The position numbers and the translations under genes were made by a program. Positions 27,625 to 37,028 of a DNA stretch of 64,000 nt are shown one piece after another. The notes below the pieces were generated by a model. The model did not search any database and was not told where the DNA came from. It saw nothing but the letters and a program-made list of their open reading frames with translations. How positions within the stretch are numbered: the stretch's first letter is position 1; the number at the start of each line of letters is the position of its first letter. The stretch is from Candidatus Woesearchaeota archaeon (GTDB taxonomy: Archaea > Nanobdellota > Nanobdellia > Woesearchaeales > GW2011-AR9): assembly GCA_016181265.1 (NCBI GenBank), contig JACOZP010000006.1:19962-83961 (forward strand), in the 5' to 3' direction.

Positions 27625-30600
27625 TTAAGAGCTAATCTGATTAAATACATTCTGTGCCCAATCTTTCCCGCCTTGAGCATTATAATGGGGATCATCAGTT
27701 GCTTTACTTGCATCTGTAAACAAGCTAGAGTCAATAAACGTACAATGAGGTTCAACAACTGTTTTAAGTCCAGCCACAATTGCAGCAACCTTCGGAGCAT
27801 CTGCTTCACTCTTTCTTTTAGGAGGGCCAACCCAGTAGCATTTAGAACCGCCATTAACAGCTTGTTTTGCCAAATCGGCTGCCGCTTTAATTCGAGCATT
27901 ATATGCATCATCATTACCTACATAACTTTCAATATTTGTTCCCAGTGAGATTATAACCATGTTAGGATTAAAAGAATTTTTCAATTCAGAAAGACGCGGC
28001 TTATCTTGTCCTGTTTTTGATTGTGACATCTTCCCAGTCTCATCAATAAAATCAAGGGTAGTGCCTTTTGCACAACCTACAGGGATATAAGCAGGACCAT
28101 CTACCCATTGAGCAGGTGTCGTACAACCAATCCCATATGTCTGAACGCTCGCTCCAGTACTCATCAAGAGAGAGTGTAGGGCGGAGCCATAATTTATTTT
28201 GATATGAGAATCTCCTATATGTAATATTCTCGAACCAGAACTTGTAGTTGGAGTCGACTGCAGTGCTGCCGATGAAGAAGAAGAAAGTGCTTTGCCGTTA
28301 TTCACAGAAAACGCATTTGCTCCACTTGCCCCAGCTTTATAATAATTCAGACAAAGAGTATACGCTTTGGTTAATGTTTCGTGAGAGAAACCACTACCTT
28401 GACTATAATAACTTGTGCCTTTTGGATTATAACGAATGGAAGACCACTCCCTAGCTAGCGCATCCCAAAGAGGATCCCATTTACTTACTTCGGAACCAGC
28501 AGCTTGAACCTGACCCAGTGAAACGCCACGTTTCTGTTCAACCCGAGACCAAGCCTCTTTATCTTGTTCCTCAAAACCAAAACCATTTGGAAAGAAATTA
28601 TCACAGGCATTACCCGCACAATAAAGGAATTGGTAACGACCTGCTGCAGTAGAAGTTTCTCCCCCATTCCCAAAAGGAAACCCACCGACGGGCATTTCGC
28701 CCGTTTTTCGAGGATGCGCTGATAAACTATTAATAACCCTACAACCCAACATGATATTATAACTGGAAGCTTTTTTTGCAAAACCACAAAGAGTAGTACC
28801 CTCAGCATAAGCAATCGTATCTAACAACGCTTTTTGTTCAGGAGTCATACTTTTATCTGCCGTTGCGCATTGAATAACACCAGAGGCACTATTACCCGCC
28901 GAACTCGAAACGGTTGTTGGTTGGGATTGAATTACCTGTTTCGCATTATACGCATTCGCAAATGTCATCCACGTATTCTTTGGAGGAACCCACACTTCTC
29001 CCGCATGTATTCCCAACAACCCACCAAAAACAGTCCACGCTGAATCAATATCTTTACAACGTTGTTCAATCTGACATTTCTGAGAAATTTGTTGTGTAGC
29101 GGCAGTTGTTCCCACTTGGATACCCACTCCTGAAGTGCCTCCTCCGGCTGTTCCAGAACTACTTTTTACAACAAGCTGAACTCCAAACACTTCTTTCAGA
29201 ATTTGTGCTGCGACAGCTCGATCACCGGCATCCGTCCAATGTAAGCCATCGGCGCTACAATATTCAGATCTACAGGAATTAGTCTTAGTCGGATCGAGAA
29301 GAGTAGGATAGATGTCAACTACTTTAAGAGGACTACCCGATGATTTTAGTAGTACATTAAATTGAGTAATGCAATCATTATACGCAACATTTCCTCGCGG
29401 GGGAATTGTCAAGACCACGAATTTCTTTACGCCAGCTGCCAACGCTTTTGAGATCACGCTATTTACAGAAGCAATGCCTTCTTCAGCTGCAATCTTATTA
29501 CTTGTTGCATCTTTTGCTGCTGAACACGTATTTCCAGAAGGATCAATAATCAAAAGATCTGGTTTACCACTTAAAACAGAATCTAACAGTTCTTTTTCTT
29601 GCACTTGGATTGAATAACCTTTGCTTTGGACTACAGTAGGATCTTTTGGAAATACTGAAGTTGTAGAAGAAGAACAACTGCTTCTAATATAACTCGCATA
29701 ACTGCCGCTTCCGCCGCTTTCTACCGTATTCGAAGCACCCATAACAGCAATCTTAGAATAGCCACAGTTAACTATAGAAGAATACGTCGAAGTTAAACGC
29801 AAAGTGGCCACAACGGGATAATGATCTGATGCAACACCGGTAGTTTCACCAACAACAACTGTACCTTGAGAAGCCTGAAATCCCTTATAGAAAATATGAT
29901 CTAAATCTTGCTTCCAATCCTGATACCCATATTGATCTGTTTCAGCACAGTATGGTTTTACAGGAAATGATTTAGTATGGCCATTCGGCAATTCAATAAC
30001 ACTCAAGACAGATTTAAGAGAACTAAGACGATTTAATTCAGCATTAAAATCGCCCATAACGATAACAGGTAAAACTTCTTTGGCCACGATTCCAGCCAAT
30101 TCTTTTGCCTCACTTTCAGTGAGAGAAAAATCTTGTGCATTTTTATTAGCTTCAACACTCGCTTTCACTTTTTTAGGATCAACACATTGATGTAGACTTA
30201 ACTTTTGAGCTGCAGAAGAAAGCGGTCCAGGAAAAAGATGGGTGTTATAAACTACAACTTTCTGACCGCTAACCATAACCTCAGCGCGGAGGTAGGCACG
30301 CCCCTTATTGTCAGAAGAATAAGTATTTATCTTCGCTGAATCTAACGTCCCTTTACTTTTTCTAACAAAAATACCAACTTTAAATCCAGAGCTATCATAT
30401 GTATCTATAAATTGTTCTTTCAAAAAAGTAAAAGGATCACGAAAACCATTCGCGCCTTCCCTACCTTTATTATTTCCCTCTTGAATCACCAGAATATCTG
30501 GTTGTTGTTGTTCCACCACCGCTTTAAGATGAGCTAGAATCTGAGTATAATCCCCACATTTTTCATCGTGTCCACACGCGTAACGAATATTATAGGTCAT

Positions 30601-30705
30601 TACCTTGATATCATCTGGAGAAGAGAGACCCGGAATGTAAATAATAGCATTTACAGAGAATGTAAATAATAAAGATAATAAAAATAGAATAACACCTTTC
30701 CTCAT
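27625..30705 (-). CDS. Secreted four-domain enzyme: EEP nuclease/phosphatase + SGNH esterase + lambda-R-type lytic transglycosylase (GH104-like) + SGNH esterase
   Basis: Signal peptide MRKGVILFLLSLLFTFSVNA. EEP (aa 35-304): MTYNIRY, ILVIQEGN, NTHL, GDFN, LDHIF, SDHYPV. SGNH-1 (aa 316-507): VMGASNT, PSGN, DGLHWT. Lysozyme (aa 620-790): LLDTIAYAEGT, AHPRK, STAAGRYQFL. SGNH-2 (aa 826-1026): IGDSH, LGTN, DDPHY. Confidence 0.8.
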   Translation of the reverse strand: MRKGVILFLLSLLFTFSVNAIIYIPGLSSPDDIKVMTYNIRYACGHDEKCGDYTQILAHLKAVVEQQQPDILVIQEGNNKGREGANGFRDPFTFLKEQFIDTYDSSGFKVGIFVRKSKGTLDSAKINTYSSDNKGRAYLRAEVMVSGQKVVVYNTHLFPGPLSSAAQKLSLHQCVDPKKVKASVEANKNAQDFSLTESEAKELAGIVAKEVLPVIVMGDFNAELNRLSSLKSVLSVIELPNGHTKSFPVKPYCAETDQYGYQDWKQDLDHIFYKGFQASQGTVVVGETTGVASDHYPVVATLRLTSTYSSIVNCGYSKIAVMGASNTVESGGSGSYASYIRSSCSSSTTSVFPKDPTVVQSKGYSIQVQEKELLDSVLSGKPDLLIIDPSGNTCSAAKDATSNKIAAEEGIASVNSVISKALAAGVKKFVVLTIPPRGNVAYNDCITQFNVLLKSSGSPLKVVDIYPTLLDPTKTNSCRSEYCSADGLHWTDAGDRAVAAQILKEVFGVQLVVKSSSGTAGGGTSGVGIQVGTTAATQQISQKCQIEQRCKDIDSAWTVFGGLLGIHAGEVWVPPKNTWMTFANAYNAKQVIQSQPTTVSSSAGNSASGVIQCATADKSMTPEQKALLDTIAYAEGTTLCGFAKKASSYNIMLGCRVINSLSAHPRKTGEMPVGGFPFGNGGETSTAAGRYQFLYCAGNACDNFFPNGFGFEEQDKEAWSRVEQKRGVSLGQVQAAGSEVSKWDPLWDALAREWSSIRYNPKGTSYYSQGSGFSHETLTKAYTLCLNYYKAGASGANAFSVNNGKALSSSSSAALQSTPTTSSGSRILHIGDSHIKINYGSALHSLLMSTGASVQTYGIGCTTPAQWVDGPAYIPVGCAKGTTLDFIDETGKMSQSKTGQDKPRLSELKNSFNPNMVIISLGTNIESYVGNDDAYNARIKAAADLAKQAVNGGSKCYWVGPPKRKSEADAPKVAAIVAGLKTVVEPHCTFIDSSLFTDASKATDDPHYNAQGGKDWAQNVFNQISS

Positions 30706-31268
30706 CCTTCCACCCCACTACCAATAACAAACCTCTGTGTCAATGTCGCTTGTTTCGTCAACAATGGATTCCCTACCACCAATTCAAACGTATATTCTCC
30801 AACAGGCAATCCCGAAGGAACAACAAAATAATCTTTGAACAAAACAACTTCTTGATCGTTGTCGCTCACAACATCAAATTGATACTGCTGATCTGTTCCA
30901 ACATCTAACAGCACCTCGCCAGTTGGTCCCCGAATGCGATAATTCTTCACGATCTTAATCTGTCTATGATACGTGCTGCTCTCCACGCCAAAACGATAAT
31001 AGATTGGCTGACCAAATGTAAACGTCGATCCCGGCCCGAGACAATTATACGTCTCATCAACGGTACGACAGAACGAAAATTCTTTCACGACAAGTACTCC
31101 TTCGCGCGCATACGGGATAAATTCAGCATTTAAAACCGGCTCTTGTTCTCCTTCCATCTTCACCGTCACTACATTAAATTTGATCAGCAATAAGACTATC
31201 GCACTTGTTACTACAATGATAATTAAAAAGACAATTAGTTCTATCATCCCTGTAGCTTTTGTGTTCAC
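30702..31268 (-). CDS. N-terminally anchored, pilin-like small extracellular protein
   Basis: GTGA overlap with the upstream stop. MNTKATGMIELIVFLIIIVVTSAIVLLLI, then a beta-rich 150-aa domain. An alternative ATG lies at 31247. Confidence 0.55.
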   Translation of the reverse strand: MNTKATGMIELIVFLIIIVVTSAIVLLLIKFNVVTVKMEGEQEPVLNAEFIPYAREGVLVVKEFSFCRTVDETYNCLGPGSTFTFGQPIYYRFGVESSTYHRQIKIVKNYRIRGPTGEVLLDVGTDQQYQFDVVSDNDQEVVLFKDYFVVPSGLPVGEYTFELVVGNPLLTKQATLTQRFVIGSGVEG

Positions 31269-34200
31269 GAGTTCTTACACGCATCCATTAATTTCTGTTT
31301 CTGTGCTGCATCAGTGATATCAGCAATATTGTATTCATTTGTTGCCGAACCAATCTTAGGATCACAACCTTCTCCCCGCGCAGCGCTTACACACCTATGA
31401 AGATAACCGTCACCAACATCGATAGCAAAACCGTTAGCTTTACAAGCATCCGCGCCACAACGTAACAACAAATCGTTATCCGTAAACGTGAACGGCTGTG
31501 CAACCCCTGAAGGCGGAAGCCCAGTTGATTTAACACAGGACTTCGCAGTATTTGCTGTCACGCAACGATACGCATATTGCGCATTATCTCCTCCCAGATC
31601 ATTGATAGGATAATCAGAGACAGAACATTTGTTAGAAAAACTAGCAACAGCAGTTGTTCCTACCAGAACAGCTCCCCCACAAATCCCAGCATTTGCCGCA
31701 CCATATTTCCCATCTACTTCACAAAGATATTTCTTAATCTTTTGATATTCAGTGATAGCCACTACATCTGCAGGATACGGCTGCGCAGCTTGTTCTGCCC
31801 ACATCCGATTAAAAAATCCACTTAGCGCCTCTTTAATCTGCCCTTCAAACTGTGCCGGATTATTTTTACCCAACATCACAAAGCTGGCGATGTAATAATA
31901 ATACGCCAACGCATTTTCCATATCACCCCGTCGCTGATTCAACACCGTTACGGCGTATGCTTGTGTCTGCTGATAATTTCCCGAAGCGAAGCTCTGTTGT
32001 AGCCCGCTTACTGCTGTTTCCTGTTTCTGGATGCGTACTTTCTGAGTATGTGTTGGTTTTCCCAGAGAAGTCTTCACCGGTTGATTTGCCAAATAGCAGC
32101 CTCCCGCTTCATCTTTTTCTAATAACTGGTAATTGACCGTAAATTCACGGAAGTTCTGATCCTGCGTATAGACATTCTGTTCTATCGCTTGATAGACACA
32201 ACGTCTATTTGTGTCCGTCGGATTAACACCACCAAGAACATTTTGGAACGTGAACCCGCTGCCACTAAACTGAATTTGATTAATCTCAGCGATAGCAAGA
32301 TCCACATTTCCACCTTTGGAAAGATAAGCACCATTGCGATCATAGCCGGGGGTCACGAGATTAACATTTGAAGGCACAATCAACTTAACCGTACCGGGAC
32401 TACTTCCTACATCAAAACTAAACGCAAACTTATCTCCTACCGATAACGTCGTCGGACTGAGATCAAGCTTGATCGGACCGCAATTCAATCCACTATCAGG
32501 AACCGAAACCAAAATTGGCGCGCTACCGCCGAACATACTTTGCTGCACCGTACCAAGAGTATCAATTACATATTGCGCACCTTGCACGTTCTGTGCAATC
32601 TGACGTGGCGGCGCCTCCGCCAAGATGCCCGGTACTAATGGATTGACTGTTCGTTTCAAACATTGACCTTTTCCATCCGTATTCACATGCGCACGCACTT
32701 TGATCTCATCGCCTAAAACAAACAGATTCGGCGTATCACAAGGCATCCACGTTTCAGTCTTCTTATTCCAACAAGAGACGTATGGATCTTCTAAAAATGC
32801 TCCCCCGTAACCGAAGAGCGAATACAATTCCGGACACTGATAGCGTCCCGTCGTCAAGTCAACACTGCACGACAACGCGCTTGGCGGAGAAACATCGCTG
32901 ATCGGAAAGTAATAGACTGCTTTATTCCCCTGCAGGAAATCACTTTCGACGCATTTATCATAATTATCTTTTTCGCTCGGATCGAGATATAATTCCATGA
33001 CAACATGATCATAACGATACGGTGCCGTTACCCGTTGTGGTGATTCTAACGGGACAGAAAACATCTGTGCAGGAGGAAGATTGAATCCCGATGCTAACTG
33101 CTGTTCTTTCTGCGCTTCAAAAGCGGCTCCCGTATTACTCACACTCAAACAATCACAAGTTTTACCACCACAAGATTCATCTACATTCGGATTCCCTCTA
33201 TCCCCCGGACCGATACATTTCAATTTTAAGTTCCAACTCTTTACTTTACAACCGGGGAAAATAGTTGCACCAACATTATAATTAAAGATCGCCATCTGTT
33301 TCGTCGGATCATAACTGCTCAATTCTCGCGTTGCCGGAGCGACAACCGGGAATGTTTTCGACGGGAATGAATACGCCGCATCCAATAAGAAGTCTTCACT
33401 AAATAGCGGGAAGTCATAGCCAAATGCAGCAAGACAGATCGATTGAGCAAAACCCTGAGTTCCGCCTTTAAAATATTGATTTAAGACCGCATTACCATAA
33501 TCTTTACGTGCATCTTCAAACGAAGAATCTAATGCCTTCGTCATCGAGCTAAAGCCGCCCGAGATGATTGTACCTGCCTCTGCAATCGGACCTTCTTTAC
33601 CAACAGGGTCAAACGTCGTAGGGGTACAACTATTCCCTGCTAATGCAGCAATCCCTTGGTACAATAATCCACAGACTTGTTGAGTGAACAATGTCTTACA
33701 CATCCCCGCATCATGCAAGCCTGTATATTTCGCTTCGACCAAACATGCTTGCACTCCTGCCAACATACTCTGCAGCATGCGTAGATTTTTCAAGATGCCC
33801 GAAAGACAAACCGTCTGGAACGTGCCGATGATTTGCGTGTTTGGATTGATCTTTGGTTCTTTCTCTTCTGCCCGTAAATAATCAATCAGATAATTCGCAC
33901 CAAATGCTCCCGAGAAATCTCGACCGGCATAATAGCGCTCCGGTGGATAGAACGTCCCCGTTGTTCCGCCAGTCTCACTATATACTTGCGCTTGCTGGTA
34001 TGACCAGGCTTCCTGCGTCCCGGTATTTACATTCTTCGGCGTCCCCACCCGCATCGAACCACTATCGGCTATTTTTGCTGGTGTCGTTTCAGGCATGCAA
34101 ACACACTGCTGTAGCTGAGGATTACCAGCAGCATCACGCACGAAATTATTATTTGCATCACGCTTGATAAAACAATTACTGGAATACCCCGCAGCGTATC

Positions 34201-37027
34201 GTCCTTGTTGCAGAGGCTTTCCATCTTTATCATAAAACAATCCGTTCTTCTCAGTATAACATCCTTGTACCCCTTTAACATCGTCGACTCGATAACCTGG
34301 CTTCTGCGGATTGTTACAGATCGCTTGACAAGGTTGATCTTTATAGATAATAAAATTCTCTGATCCCTGCGGTTTATATGCAATCAGGCGCGGACCATAC
34401 TTCACAAATGCCGTCGATGCTACCGCATACGTATTTCCTATATGTGTTAGATAGTAAAACCCTTTCTCTTGGTCAGCTTCTTCCATACTATCTTTCGGAC
34501 GCGTCTGGATATACAGATCAGAATCCTTTGTCTGCCAACAGACATTCAAAGTATTGGCATCGATTCCTGGATCCAAGAGAATCTTATTCTTAGAGACAAA
34601 ATCTTTACAATTTTCGATTGGCATCAATGGCTCGCCGCTTCCCGTCACTGCACACTGCTGCTGGGCCTCAACACGTTTCGCAATGTCTTCACGTTCTTTA
34701 TCTTCTGTCCATCTTGCCGGCACAGCACGGCAGAACGCTCGATCCCAGCTCCACTTGTAAGCTTGATCCATCACCGCTTCAAACTTCCAGGCATTTGCTG
34801 TTGAAGGACAACGCTTCTCTAGCGAGACAGCATTCCACGCATCGCTTCCCGAGCCTGCTTGCAAAGCGTCAAGTAATTCTTTTGGCCCATTGGTAATACC
34901 TGCTTCTTTCCAATCATTCAACGTCTCTTCGAGGTAATATTGTTCAGGATGTTCACAACCTTTTGCTTTCGCATCTCCTACTGCTTTAAAAAAAGAAAAG
35001 TGATACTCTAATTTAGCAGAAAATATACGGACCCAGCGCGCAACAGTCCGCAGCATAAATGAGGCCATTCCTGTTATGCCTGTGACAATATACGCCTGTT
35101 CAATATATGGAGTGACAGTGCTAATTTGCGTGATTGTCCAGTTAAGTGTATCAATACCTTCATTTGCCAGAAAATCCGGAATCATATCTTTGCTATCGAT
35201 AGGGATATCGACAAAATAACTAAGATCGGTACAGGTATTCTGCACTTTTGTCTGACCATAAACAGCATTACCCGCCGCATCACGTTTCTCTACATCCTGA
35301 TATGTTACCTGAATCTTAAGAGGGAAGACAACTTGTCTATTTTTCAGTTCATCCCAAAAACTCTCTTTCGCATCGCTGAGATCTTCTCCCGGATGCAATG
35401 TCCAGCTTGCATAGACCGCAGATTGGTCTGGATTTGGCAATGCCCGCGTCGGACGTGAAGGTAATAGCTTACAACCGATATTAAACGTATCATCTTTTGC
35501 CATCCCTGCCGTACAAGCTTTCTCGATCTGGATGCTCGTTACTTTTGCCCCCTGTTCCAAGATTTTCCCATCACTAGAACGCACAGCGATCCCTTGACCA
35601 TTATAATTCAATTTAAAGACGGCTTGGACATCTTGCCTTCCTTGATCAACAAGTTGTGGCACGAGACGCAATGGTGCCTGAAACTCCGGAACAGATTCAA
35701 TCGCAAAATCAAGATTGCTAGAGAAACAGCTCTGGATCAAGACTTGCTGCTGCCAAGAAACACTTCGTCCTGCTTTATCTTCAGCGATCAGATAGACATA
35801 ATACGTCTGTTGCTGAGCCCCTTCGCCGAGAGGATAAATTTTAATCTTTACCAGATCAGAAGGAATTTCCTTCGGCGTCAATTTTTCGAGAGAGATATCT
35901 GTAATGGAAGACGTAAAAGAAACATCATCAAAACGGAATTCTCCTTTTTCATTTGTCGTCACCACTTCTCGCGGCCGATCGAAAGCTGGAGTAAACTCTG
36001 TCGGCAATGGCTTATAGACATAGAGATACACTTTTGCACCTGGGCTCGTCGTTCCGCTGATTGGCGAAGACGCACGTCCCTCGTAAAATTCTTTACCTCG
36101 TTCAAGTTCTGCTTTGATCGCCGGAGGCTTGGCACTGACTTCAATCATCACTTCTTCCTCCGTTAGCCAACCGGCATTATCCGTCAATTTCAGCGCAAGC
36201 TTGTTCACTCCTTCTTGCAGCGGGACAGAAGTGTCGATTTTTGCTCCCTCACCTTTAGAAACGGATTTATTGTTTACAATAATTTCATAGTTCACACTTT
36301 CTGAAACGGTCAACACCAACTTATAGGAATTCTCCGTCACAAAAGGAGGAATACTTTTCAAATCGACACTCGGTTTCTGTGCATCCGCAAACACATCTCC
36401 CGATACGTTCTGCTCATTTCCTGCCTCATCACGAGCAGTAACGACGATATTGTTCTGCGTATTCTCCGTAAGCAGCACATCCGTAAACATAAATGTTCCT
36501 TTCGTAGCATCGACCTCGCTGCCCAGCGCCGTTGCCGTGCCAGATTTTTTGCCATTAACAAGAACAGTCACCACCGTACCGACTTCCGTCTCTCCGGAAA
36601 ACGTCCAGCGTGTCCCCGCAACCCTCTCTGGAAAGTCAACTTTTAATTCTGGTGCGGTCGTATCTGGAGCAGGTGTTTCAAAGGAATAGAATTTACCTTC
36701 GTTATTATCTACAATACCATTACTCTCCACAGAGTAGATATATTTTGTTTTTGACATCAACCCACTGATCTGTAAGCTATGGCTGTTCACTATCTTCGCA
36801 TCACCGACTTTCTTTAGAGAAGAGGCATCCACTCCATAATTAACAAATGAATCTGCCGCCTCGTCTGTTGTCCAATGGATCGTCGCGCCGGAAGCGGTCA
36901 CCGGCTCAACCGTAACGCCGGAAATCTCCAGAGCCAAAGCAGCCGGAAGAAAGACGAAGAGCAGGATTATGAAGAGTGCCTGCATCTGCAACAGCTTCCG
37001 TCCTCTCTTTAGATTCTCAGTCATCAC
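31265..37027 (-). CDS. Giant (1920 aa) secreted Cys-rich protein: N-terminal FN3-like and Ig-like domains, then about 1500 aa with no recognisable family
   Basis: Signal LLQMQALFIILLFVFLPAALA. ISGVTVEPVTASGATIHWTTDEAADSFVNYG is FN3-like. TVLVNGKKSG...IVVTARDEAGNE is Ig-like. About 45 Cys by my count, all after roughly aa 430. Confidence 0.7.
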   Translation of the reverse strand: MMTENLKRGRKLLQMQALFIILLFVFLPAALALEISGVTVEPVTASGATIHWTTDEAADSFVNYGVDASSLKKVGDAKIVNSHSLQISGLMSKTKYIYSVESNGIVDNNEGKFYSFETPAPDTTAPELKVDFPERVAGTRWTFSGETEVGTVVTVLVNGKKSGTATALGSEVDATKGTFMFTDVLLTENTQNNIVVTARDEAGNEQNVSGDVFADAQKPSVDLKSIPPFVTENSYKLVLTVSESVNYEIIVNNKSVSKGEGAKIDTSVPLQEGVNKLALKLTDNAGWLTEEEVMIEVSAKPPAIKAELERGKEFYEGRASSPISGTTSPGAKVYLYVYKPLPTEFTPAFDRPREVVTTNEKGEFRFDDVSFTSSITDISLEKLTPKEIPSDLVKIKIYPLGEGAQQQTYYVYLIAEDKAGRSVSWQQQVLIQSCFSSNLDFAIESVPEFQAPLRLVPQLVDQGRQDVQAVFKLNYNGQGIAVRSSDGKILEQGAKVTSIQIEKACTAGMAKDDTFNIGCKLLPSRPTRALPNPDQSAVYASWTLHPGEDLSDAKESFWDELKNRQVVFPLKIQVTYQDVEKRDAAGNAVYGQTKVQNTCTDLSYFVDIPIDSKDMIPDFLANEGIDTLNWTITQISTVTPYIEQAYIVTGITGMASFMLRTVARWVRIFSAKLEYHFSFFKAVGDAKAKGCEHPEQYYLEETLNDWKEAGITNGPKELLDALQAGSGSDAWNAVSLEKRCPSTANAWKFEAVMDQAYKWSWDRAFCRAVPARWTEDKEREDIAKRVEAQQQCAVTGSGEPLMPIENCKDFVSKNKILLDPGIDANTLNVCWQTKDSDLYIQTRPKDSMEEADQEKGFYYLTHIGNTYAVASTAFVKYGPRLIAYKPQGSENFIIYKDQPCQAICNNPQKPGYRVDDVKGVQGCYTEKNGLFYDKDGKPLQQGRYAAGYSSNCFIKRDANNNFVRDAAGNPQLQQCVCMPETTPAKIADSGSMRVGTPKNVNTGTQEAWSYQQAQVYSETGGTTGTFYPPERYYAGRDFSGAFGANYLIDYLRAEEKEPKINPNTQIIGTFQTVCLSGILKNLRMLQSMLAGVQACLVEAKYTGLHDAGMCKTLFTQQVCGLLYQGIAALAGNSCTPTTFDPVGKEGPIAEAGTIISGGFSSMTKALDSSFEDARKDYGNAVLNQYFKGGTQGFAQSICLAAFGYDFPLFSEDFLLDAAYSFPSKTFPVVAPATRELSSYDPTKQMAIFNYNVGATIFPGCKVKSWNLKLKCIGPGDRGNPNVDESCGGKTCDCLSVSNTGAAFEAQKEQQLASGFNLPPAQMFSVPLESPQRVTAPYRYDHVVMELYLDPSEKDNYDKCVESDFLQGNKAVYYFPISDVSPPSALSCSVDLTTGRYQCPELYSLFGYGGAFLEDPYVSCWNKKTETWMPCDTPNLFVLGDEIKVRAHVNTDGKGQCLKRTVNPLVPGILAEAPPRQIAQNVQGAQYVIDTLGTVQQSMFGGSAPILVSVPDSGLNCGPIKLDLSPTTLSVGDKFAFSFDVGSSPGTVKLIVPSNVNLVTPGYDRNGAYLSKGGNVDLAIAEINQIQFSGSGFTFQNVLGGVNPTDTNRRCVYQAIEQNVYTQDQNFREFTVNYQLLEKDEAGGCYLANQPVKTSLGKPTHTQKVRIQKQETAVSGLQQSFASGNYQQTQAYAVTVLNQRRGDMENALAYYYYIASFVMLGKNNPAQFEGQIKEALSGFFNRMWAEQAAQPYPADVVAITEYQKIKKYLCEVDGKYGAANAGICGGAVLVGTTAVASFSNKCSVSDYPINDLGGDNAQYAYRCVTANTAKSCVKSTGLPPSGVAQPFTFTDNDLLLRCGADACKANGFAIDVGDGYLHRCVSAARGEGCDPKIGSATNEYNIADITDAAQKQKLMDACKNS

Positions 37028-37028
37028 G

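Noticed and set aside
31577-36689. About 20 plus-strand track ORFs (60-190 aa; e.g. 35594-36166, 33853-34167) inside the giant gene.
   Set aside because: All are antisense to one uninterrupted 1920-codon frame. They have low-complexity or odd composition and no SD or TATA context, so I treat them as shadow ORFs.
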